From the human T2T-CHM13v2.0 reference genome, Homo sapiens: a stretch of DNA of 64,000 bases. Location: assembly GCF_009914755.1 (NCBI RefSeq), contig NC_060936.1; one strand, 5' to 3'. Every line of letters begins with the position of its first letter. The stretch's first letter is position 1. Shown piece by piece: positions 41,362 through 64,000 of this stretch. The notes below the pieces were generated by a model. The model saw only the letters and a program-made list of their open reading frames with translations, did not search any database and had not been told where the DNA came from. A program made the translations under genes and the position numbers.

Positions 41362-41367
41362 TTTATT
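41362..41367 (-). terminator. NRIP2: Likely NRIP2 polyadenylation signal
   Basis: TTTATT on plus = AATAAA on minus, followed on minus by T-rich CTTGTTTCTCT...TGTTCTTCTCT. Confidence 0.6.
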
Positions 41368-41738
41368 CCAATGGAGAAGCAGCTGAGCCGAGGGCTTGCC
41401 ATTGGGCCTGGGGTCTGCAGTTACAGAAGCAGCAGGAGGCAGACAAGGAAAGGCACAGCACAAGACCCAGGAAAGTGGACCTTGTGGAGCAAGGCAGTGA
41501 GGGCGAGGAAAGCTTTTAGGATTTTGAGACCAGGTGCTATGGCACAAGTGATAAGTGAGCCCTCTCCTTTCCTTCTGAGGGCAGGGGAGGCAGCTGAGAA
41601 AGGGCAGGGGAGGCAGCTGAGAAAGGGCAGGCCAGGTGTCACAGGCAGCTCCTTGCATCCCGGTTCTTCTCTAACCCAGTCAACCCCAGGCTCAAGACTG
41701 TTTCAGCCCAACGGTCCCAGTTCCCTTGTTCAGGTTAG

Positions 41739-42063
<325 letters not shown>

Positions 42064-43206
42064 TCTTTCTTTACTCCTAATCCATGATTTGAGAGACTCA
42101 AACCAGCCAGAAAGACTCTCAGGGATCTGGCGTCTTAAGGTTCGGGTTCTTCTCTTCACAGTGAATTCAAAAAAGCCTCTGTCTCCTGACAGACCCCAAA
42201 CTTTAAAAAAAAAAAAAAAGCCTCTGTCTTTTTGCTTTGGCAAAGCCTGGCAGGGGGTTAGAAAGCCACTGATTCCAGGACAATACAAGCTTAAGCTCAA
42301 GAGGCCAGAGATGGGGATAGGAAGAAGGCCTAATGAGGTGGATAGTTCTAGAAATCAGAAAGAATGCTGAATAGGTGAAGTCTGAGTGGTGACAACCTCA
42401 CTGTCCTGTCTGCCTCACAGGAGCAGTTCTCTACAAGGCTCTTCCACACACACACACGCAAGGCTCAGGGGCTCGGTGGGTACAAAAAGCCAGTGGAAAC
42501 GGATAAATACCTATAGCGTTAATAGCAGAAGTATGTCCAAGGTTTTGCACAGGGTAATCAAACTAACTGGCTTCAGACATTTGCAGCCACAGGAAAAAAT
42601 AGCTCTCAGCCTTATGAGATGGACATTCCTATACTAACTCCCGCTCTTTGTTGTATTGAATTCTGGCTGTTTCTTCCCCCACTCAACTGTGAGCAGATGT
42701 GCACAGACTCCGAGAGGCAGACACCAGGAGGTCCAGGGACATAGGTTGGTGAGGCATGGCGGTCTAGTTGTGGGAGATAATGAGGCCCAGAAGGTGTGGT
42801 GAGAGACATGGTGGTGTGGGAAGTTGAGTTGTGTTTGGGGTGGTATTGGGTGATGGACAAGGACAGCAGTCAGCAGAGCCTTCGACCCAGCCCAAGCAGG
42901 CACCCCATTGTGCTTAGGTTCCTATCTGTGGTCTTGATTTGGCTTTGCTTTTCTTGGGAGGAAGATGAATCAGAATCCTGGCATCGTGGGCCCTCTAGTG
43001 AAAACTCGTCCTGGGGAGTAGGACAGCTGCTGAGAAGCAGAGAGGAATGCGGCCAGCTGGGGAAAATGGGACAGCAGGGGTCAGGGAGGTGATTGGAAGG
43101 GCAGACACCATAGTCCCCAGCTACCTGGCTTCAAGAGCCCCCGTTCCCCACACGCCTCTTCTTCTAAGGCAAGGTCTTTCCCTCTGGGGACTGACTGAGA
43201 CAGCAG

Positions 43207-50983
<7,777 letters not shown>

Positions 50984-51156
50984 GCAGGAGCAGCCGCGTC
51001 AGTCTCCAATTTCCCGAGATTGCTGTAGAGGGAGTGAGACTCCGGCTGGAAAAACCCAGTCCTAGAAGAGAGGGAGGGTTGGCAGGGCCCACAGCTGGCT
51101 GACTTGGCCGCATCCCCAACGCTGGGGTCCTGGTCAGAGCGGGCGGTGGATGGGGC

Positions 51157-51158
<2 letters not shown>

Positions 51159-51208
<50 letters not shown>
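51159..51208. repeat. (GT)15(GA)9 compound microsatellite upstream of NRIP2
   Basis: Directly visible. Confidence 0.95.
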
Positions 51209-51659
51209 AGGAGAGTGAGAGACAGTGCTGTAAACTGTCAGGGTGCCCGTGCCAGGTGGTTTGCGAGGAAGCGCTTGTCACTGTGTGGGGGCAGCAGCCT
51301 TAGTGCACCTCCCAGCGTGTGTGGCCCCCGCCCTCCTCTGCATCCCTCCCAGGCTTCCCAGGACTGCCCAGCTGTTTTCTCCTGGCATTATCTGCAGCCC
51401 AGGGCTGGCGCGCAGGCCAGTAACTGGGTTCAGATCAAAGAGGGGCAGCATGAGAGCGTCCTTCCCTCCTCTCATCCCCCTAGCCTTACCTTGTTAGGTC
51501 TCTTGCCTCCCGCCTAGCAGATGTCAGAGTCTTTAACTAATTGACTCTGGATTCTGGGTTCCAGGGAATGACAGGAACAACTCTGAATCTTCCCACGAGT
51601 AGAAATTGTCCCTGGCATCTCAGTCTCCTTTATATGACTCTCCTCAAGTCCTGGCTCTT

Positions 51660-52290
51660 TAAAAAATGTTGCATTTCAAATATACAGAAGTTATAAAGAA
51701 TAAGATAACCAGTACTCTTCACTCATCACCAGTTTAAAAAATAAGCTGTTGAAGCTCCCTGTGCACTTCCACTTCCGCCTGCTGAAATTGGTGTTTATCA
51801 GGCCCAGACTTCTTTATATTCTTTATGCAAATACTTACATATGCATTCTAAGCAATATGTCGTTGGTTTTGTCCTACTCACTGTATTTATTCTTCTGCAA
51901 TCTGCTCTTTTTTGCTGAATAGTTTTTGTTAGTGAGATTCATCCATACGGTATGCCCAGCTCTAGTTAATTGACTTCACCTGCTGTGTAACATAGTATTC
52001 CATTAGATGCATGCATGACATTGAGGAAATGTAGGTTATTTTTCATTTTTAGGTCTAACAAACAATGCTGCTATGAATATTTTTGCACACATCTCCTGGG
52101 GCACCTATGTAGGCATTTCTCTAGAGTATACACCTACACCTAGGAGTGGAATTGCTGGGGCATCCCATATACAGCTTTGCCTTTTTGGCATATTGCCAGA
52201 GTGTTTTTACCAGTGCACACTGAGACAGCTGCACACAGGGGCTCCTGAGGTTCCACATCCTCTCCAGGACTTGGTATCAGACTTTTTCTA
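51660..52290 (-). mobile_element. Old L1ME-like fragment
   Basis: ACAATGCTGCTATGAATATTTTTGCACACATCTCCTGGGGCAC...TAGGAGTGGAATTGCTGGG (antisense L1 3' region). Confidence 0.65.
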
Positions 52291-52583
52291 GCCCTGGCTT
52301 ATCAGCAGATTTTTCTCTCCAGCCTTTCCTCTTCACCATCAGGGAAACGCATTGGCCAAGCACCTGTTTACCTGTGTTGGATGCTCACAGGGTGATTACC
52401 CCACCTGAGCCCTGCTCCCTAAGGGTGCAGTCTGACTCAGACAGCTCCAAGGCACATGTACTTTCAGACAAACCAGATGTCTACTGAGCTTCTAGGAACC
52501 AAGCCTCTTTGAGACACTTTCACAACCACTGCAATTATATGAAGAAATACTGTATTCTAATCCCCATTTAGAGGGAAAGAAAG

Positions 52584-53040
52584 TGTTATGGGTTGAATTG
52601 TTTCCTTCACCCCCCAAATGTACCCCTAACCCCTAGTACCTCAGAAGGTGACCTCATTTGGAGATAGGGCCTTTACAGATATGGTGAAGTTAAGATGAGG
52701 TCATTAGGATGAGCCTACTCCCATATGACTGCGCTCTTATTAAAAGGAGGAAGTGGGACGCAGAGAGAAACGCACATGGGGAGAACGCCACGTGAAGGCT
52801 GAGGTTGGGATAATGCATCTGCAAGCCAAGGAACACCTAAGAGGACCAGCAAACCACCAGAAGCCAGGGGAGAGGCGTGGAACAGACCCTGCCTTACAGC
52901 TGTCAGAAGGAACCAACCCTGCCAACACCTTCCTGTTGTACTTTCAGCTTCCAGAACTGTAAGATGACAAATTTCTATTGTTTTAGCCACTCAAGCTTGT
53001 GATACATACTTTGTTATGGCATCCCCAGGAAACTAGTACA
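52584..53040 (+). mobile_element. MLT1 (MaLR) solo LTR, MLT1B/C-like
   Basis: TGTTATGGGTTGAATTG...GATGAGGTCAT...CAGAACTGTAAGA...TTTGTTATGGCA...AAACTAGTACA; TG...CA, ~457 bp. Confidence 0.8.
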
Positions 53041-53050
53041 TTAAGTCTTA

Positions 53051-53845
<795 letters not shown>

Positions 53846-54954
53846 CTTAGAAAATATGCCCAAGATTCAGTTATGATATAGCAGAGCAGGTGGTCCAGTC
53901 CTTGTGTTCTCTCTCCCAAGGTCTGTTCAATTTACGCTGTGCCTAAAGGAGAATACTGATAGAGATGATAAACACGGAAAGAAAACCAAACTGCAATAGG
54001 ATGCCATTTCTCAAGATTTGCCCCACCCAGAGCCGAGCTTCATTTAGACTTAGCTTTAGTGGAACTTTCTAGCTCCCTCCCATGTCTTGACATCCATTAC
54101 CACCATATGTTTGCTTGGGATAGAGGTCAAAGAGGATCCTCTGGCATGTTTTGCTGGGTTCCTGTAGTCATTTCAACAGGATTAACTATAATCTATAATT
54201 GATAGATTATTGAGTGACACACAGCGTGATGCTGGGCAGGCCCCAAGCTGAAAAGCATCTCCTCCAACTTACTTTATTCTTAGCAATTCATTCCTTTGGT
54301 TTGAAAATTCTTCAGCATCTTCAAGAGTCCTTTACTAATGCATCCTTTGGGGGAGTTGTGCTAAATTATCAACTCACAAGGATGAGATGGCTGGCTCTAG
54401 GGAGCCAGCCTGCCAACATGGATGGGCTGTCCCAGGCTCTCAAGTGAGCTCAGGTCTGTACACTGCACTCCAGGGAAGAGTAAATGTGCCTGGGGCATAG
54501 AATGGAGACTTTGGAGTTTGGAGTTTGGAGTGGGTTTGGGGACATCAGCTTCTCTCTTCCAGTTAGTCTGATAAGTCCTTTGTTGCCTGGCCCTGGAAAC
54601 CACTTGTGCTCCGAAAATGCCATTCTCTGGAATGTAGCTGTGGAGTAGGGAGAGAGTTGGCCCCTGTGTTCTGTAACCCAAGCAAGTACTGTCTCACTGC
54701 CATCTTGGGGCAGACTCCGCAGTAAGGAGAATCTCTCTTGCCTTTTTGTGTTTCTTGGTTTCTTCCTTTGTAAATACAAGGCATAGTCTCTGCCCTTCCC
54801 CCAGATTGCCAGAAGAGTGGGATATATTGTTCTAGCAATATAAAGCTCTGAGGCCTTTCTGCAGGACTGTAGACACCACTTTGCTGTGATAGTGAAGAAT
54901 GTGGGGAGTGTTGTGAGGCTAGGCGAGCGGCCCGGCCTTGCCCATGACAGCTCA

Positions 54955-55309
<355 letters not shown>

Positions 55310-55750
55310 TTAATCAACAAGGAATAACTCCATTGGTCTCTAATAATGAGACAGAGGGGGAAGAAACTTCGTCCAACTATTCAGGAAGATTAAGCAATTC
55401 TGAACCGTTAGGAGTAGAAGAAGTGAGCGTATTCTCGTCCAAAACACTTGGAAAATGTCTGTTATTCTCTGAAGTGAATGGATCTAAATTCAGAAATGCT
55501 GAGAGAAAAAATGAAAGTGATAAATATGGCTCCTTCGCTGCATTGGTTCTTCTATGAATGAAGTTTTTTTTCATTCAGAAAAAAGTAGTTATTGAGCGCC
55601 TACTATGTACTGGACGCTGAGCTAGGCCCTGGGTGTACAGTGGAGAGCCAGATGAGGTCCCTGCCTTCATGGAGTTCACATTCTAATGGAGCAGGTAGAT
55701 AATGAACAACTAAATTTATAACCTCAGGTGGTGGTAAGTGCTGAAGAAAA

Positions 55751-56121
55751 TACACCATGGAATAGTATGGAGCCATAAAAAATAACAAAATCATGTCCTC
55801 TGCAGCAACATGGATGCAGTTGGAGGACATTATCCTAAGCAAATTAACACAGAAACAGGAAACCAAATATTGCGTGTTTTCACTTATAAGCGGGAGCTAA
55901 ACAATGAGTACAAATGGACACGAAGATGGGAACAACAGACACTGGAGACTCCAAAAGCGAGGAAGGAAAGAGGAGCTAGGGCTGAAGAACTTCCTGTTGG
56001 GTACTGTGGTCACTCTCTGAGTGACAGGATCAAGAGAAGCCCAGACCTGAGCACCATGCACTGTGCCCTTCTAACAAACCCGCACATGTGCCCCCTGAAT
56101 CTAACCAAAAAAAAAAAAAAA
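55751..56121 (+). mobile_element. L1 (L1PA/PB-like) 3' end with poly(A)
   Basis: TACACCATGGAATAGTATGGAGCCATAAAAAATAAC...GCAACATGGATGCAGTTGGAGGACATTATCCTAAGC...CACATGTGCCCCCTGAATCTAA + A15. Confidence 0.8.
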
Positions 56122-56158
56122 GGGCAAGATCTACCAAGTTCATGAGTAGGAAGGTTCA

Positions 56159-57027
<869 letters not shown>

Positions 57028-57542
57028 TTATGTCCCCAAACCCGCCTGGGGCAAGGGGGTGGACTGGCCTTTCTCCATCCCCTCTGTCAGGCCCGTCTCC
57101 TCCTATGGCTAGTCACTCACATCTGCTAACAACAGACTGGCTGCAGTACAGAACGTCATCTCTTGCTATGGAGAGAATAGGGTTAACTTGTCTATACCAC
57201 GAGCAAGCCCTTGTCCTGGATCCCGCTGCTCAGTCACCCTGGCATAGTGCCCATCCCACTGAATCTGTTAGGCTGCCAGACCCTGGGTTCCCTCTGCAGA
57301 ACGGAGATCACGGAGTACCACTGAGTGCGTTCTCAGACTTGCCAGAGGGCTCTGGTGTTTTTGTATTTCTAGCAATGATGAAGGGGCAGAGAAGGGCTTA
57401 AAAAGGAAGGCTCCCTTGGCCTTCCAGCTTGATAAGCCCTCAGGCACAAAGGCCTCCTAAAACACTTTCTGTCTTTAGATAAAACCAGACCACACCTTGC
57501 ATTTACCACTGGGTGTCAGACAGTTATTGGTGATCCTAAACT

Positions 57543-58800
<1,258 letters not shown>

Positions 58801-59533
58801 ATCTAAATAGATTCTACAGCTCCTTTCCTCTTTCCTGATAGAATCTCAATTCTCTCAGGAAGTTCTTTTTTAATCTAAGTCCTGGTGGCTATATTCAAAG
58901 TTCATGCCCTCTTATCCAAGCCTAGCAGAGATAGAGATGAACTGTATCCCACCTTCCTTGTCATAGCCGTTCATGCCTTCAGAGATCTTTCCATCTTTTC
59001 AACATTCTTTCCTCAAGGCTGAATAGTGCCAATTCTTGTCTCTGCTGGTGGGGATGGAGAGGAGAGCTCCTCTGGCCCAGTGAAATCACCCAGTCCAGTG
59101 CCCTGCCACATAAGGAAATTCCCGGAATATTCTTTATAGAATGGGTTATTCAGAGCTAGACAAACAGCTCTCTTGAACCCGTGGAGGGTTAAGGGCAGCC
59201 AGTTTCTATTTCAGGCTTTCTCCTCTGGGCCTGTCAGATCTACTGAAGACAGGAATGAAGTTGTTTTCCAGAATTCTCCTGTCCAGCAAGGGCCGCAGGC
59301 AGCCCGTGCTGCCAGGAGAGCACACCTCCCTACTGCCATCCCAAAGAGGTGGATCTTCCAAAGGCTGCCAGGCAAGGACAACATTTTATATTTCTGACGC
59401 TAGGATTATTTTCCTGTTTCATGGATGGCAAAACCAAGGCACGAAGAGGTCAAGTGCTTTGGCTCTGTTGATGAAAGCAGCCTGAGCATGGCATGGTGAA
59501 CTCAGAGGGGCCTGATCAAGAGTTCCAACTCAT

Positions 59534-60576
<1,043 letters not shown>

Positions 60577-61866
60577 TTAAATAATAGTAAACTGTATGCC
60601 TCAGCTTAGTATCTCCAAGGTGGAAATCATACAGGACCTACCTTCAGCACTCCTGTCCCTCCCTCTTTGTTTATCTTTTTTATTTCCCGCTTCCATTCCC
60701 CTGTATTTTTCCCTCCTCCTTGCCTAAGCTGTGGGCCTGCACTTGGCACCCTTGGACACGACCTCCCCTTCCTAGTGATACTCAGACTAAAGAAGTCACT
60801 GACTATTGTTTGGGAACCATGTCATGATACCTAGTGTCAACGTTCCATAAACACCCAGTAAACATAAGTGTGGTCTAAGGGAAGCCACACATCGAAATTC
60901 CTGTCTTGGAATTTGGACAATGGCAAGATGCAGCCACATTCTTTACAAGCGTGGAGGCGTTCGTGAGGCTCTGCCCTGGGACTGGCAGGGAATGAACTGG
61001 CTTGGGACTAACATAAGTGGAGCAGCTATGTGAAGAGCCACGGGAACCGCTACCTGTGATGGCAGGTGGGCAGCAGCCACTATTGACACTGTGTAATGAA
61101 AAGAGCAAATGTGTGCGGCTCGGTGGCAGCACAACTAAGGACAGGGCTCAGTGATGGAAAAGAGGCATGAAGACAAGGGGCTCCCAGCAAGTGAGGCAGC
61201 GATGAGTTGGAATGAAGGCTGGAGGGTCGCAGGGAAGCTGGAAAGTGAGTTGGGTGGGGACTGTCTGCAGAGGGGATCTTGGCTCGAGTTTGTCATCTCA
61301 AGGAGCAGCTATGGGGCTTTTTGAGGCATGGTAATTAGATGAGACAACCCTGGCAGGGCATGACTGGCAACGTGGGTGGCCCTGTATGGTCCCCCAGGGG
61401 TTCCCAGTCCCCACAGCTTCCCGACTCCCTGGCCCCAGCCATTCCTCAAGCTCCCAGCAGCTCAGGAACTTGCGTCAGCAGCTCAGGTCATGACACCAAG
61501 ATCAGGCTTGGAAAGGGGGAGGTGGAGGGAGGGGAGTTTTTGGCCCGGAAATGGCTGGGAAGACTTCCTTTGCTGGGATTAACTGTTGTCCGTGAAGCTG
61601 GTGGCATTCAGCAGGGCACAGGGTGTTCTGGGGAGTGAAGTATGTGGGGGAAAGGGGTGTCCATACCTTCACCCCTGCCTCCCTCTCAGAGCTGCACTCC
61701 AGCTGTGGTGAAAGAGTGGATCTTTAGGCAGATACAGATACAGAGATTCCCCCCACCCCACCCCACCAAAGGCTTTCAGGACCTCTAGGTTCATTCGTGT
61801 GTGGGGATGGAGTAAGGAGGTTGCTCATGCTTGCCAGCCAAGTGTATGTAGGCTGAGCTGGGGTGA

Positions 61867-62005
61867 TTTTCTTTTTCTTTTTTTTGTTGAGTTAGGGTCT
61901 CACTGTATTCCCCAGGCTGGTCTGAAACTCCTGGGCTCAAGCGATCCTCCTGCCTCAGCCTCCCAAGTAGCTGGGACTACAGGTGCACACCACTGCACCT
62001 GCCTG
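61867..62005 (-). mobile_element. Alu monomer (FLAM-like)
   Basis: Single antisense monomer. Confidence 0.75.
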
Positions 62006-62889
62006 GCTGGGGGTTGCCTCGTTAGGGTCCCCAGGCCCGGAAGGTCGCGTGCTTGCTATTGCTGCCCCGCAGACCCCCATGGCCTGCTGGAGCTAGGGGG
62101 CGCCAGAAGCCTTACTTCTGTGTCTCTGGCCGATGAACAAGAGAGCCTGGATACTGCTGCAGAGCAGAGGCTGTTCCGGAGAGCAGGGCTGGAAGGTGGT
62201 GGGGCGGGGTGAAGTCCTGACTAGAGGCTGGGAGCTTCTGGGTGGGCAGGGTCTGCCAGGGCAGGAGCCTGTGTGAGTGCAGCTTCCTTTCTGCCCGCCC
62301 CTAGCTTAAGGCCAGAGAGTAGGCAGCTTGTTTTCAAGAATCCCAATGGCTTTCTTCCTCCCACTCCCTAAATCTTCTTGCCCACCCTCTAACCATGCCC
62401 AGGGCCTCTCGCTGTGAGGTGGCAAGTAGCCCGAGAAGCAGATGGTAGCCCAGGCCTTGCAGTCCCCGCTCCGGCACACCCCTCCCGTCCTCTCGCCAGG
62501 AGGCTGCCTGGCTTTGTGGTCCGGAGCAAGTCACTTCTCGACGGGCTTCACTTTGCCCATCTGAAGTCTGAGGTTGTTAGGCGTGTTTTCTAATGGCCTG
62601 CCCAGCTCTGACATTTTTGGATCCTATGTAAAGGGAACCCTCCTTTCCACCCTCATTCCCAGTCCAGAGTGAGGAGATTGGGTAAATTCCCAGAGCCCTG
62701 GCACTCCCGTGGAGCACTCAGGAAACGCTCCTTCACCCCTCAATTCTGCTCTCACACACCCCGTCACACATAGACTCACATACACCAAGCAGAGAGGAGC
62801 AAAGAGAAGGACCATGTAAGACAATCACGGACATGGCGTTAGAAGGAAACTGAGAAACGCTCTACAAGAGTTCGATGTATTACATTATT

Positions 62890-63950
<1,061 letters not shown>

Positions 63951-64000
63951 TGATTGACAGCTTCATTTCTGGAGGGCCACCAGTGTGCTACACACTTTGC

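Noticed and set aside
41578-41631. 23-bp tandem duplication AGGGCAGGGGAGGCAGCTGAGAA
   Set aside because: Short slippage duplication in UTR with no evident consequence.

Overview
Primate genomic DNA, very likely human chromosome 12p13.33, identified from recognised proteins. It is Alu-dense and holds three complete spliced genes that I rebuilt exon by exon with GT-AG junctions and consistent phase. FKBP4 (+, 10 coding exons, 459 aa) has a CpG-island promoter with heat-shock elements. ITFG2 (+, 12 exons, 447 aa) is a KICSTOR subunit. NRIP2 (-, 6 exons, 281 aa) has a retroviral-like aspartyl protease fold and lies tail-to-tail with ITFG2. Upstream is a 5'-truncated CBX3 (HP1-gamma) processed pseudogene carrying later insertions: an LTR22/HML-5-like LTR still followed by a tRNA-Met primer-binding site, two Alus and a microsatellite. 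I see no new multi-gene system. The best leads are small. (1) A 70-bp tandem duplication copies the ITFG2 exon 11 splice donor and predicts an alternative C-terminus that would escape NMD. (2) The LTR+PBS proviral stump sits inside the CBX3 retrocopy. (3) A 20-bp site overlaps a perfect NF-kB site, a perfect STAT GAS and a near-perfect HSE. (4) Alus have repeatedly inserted into the linker of older Alus, and inverted Alu blocks flank ITFG2 exons 2-4. Repeat subfamily calls are from memory of consensus sequences and their boundaries are approximate.
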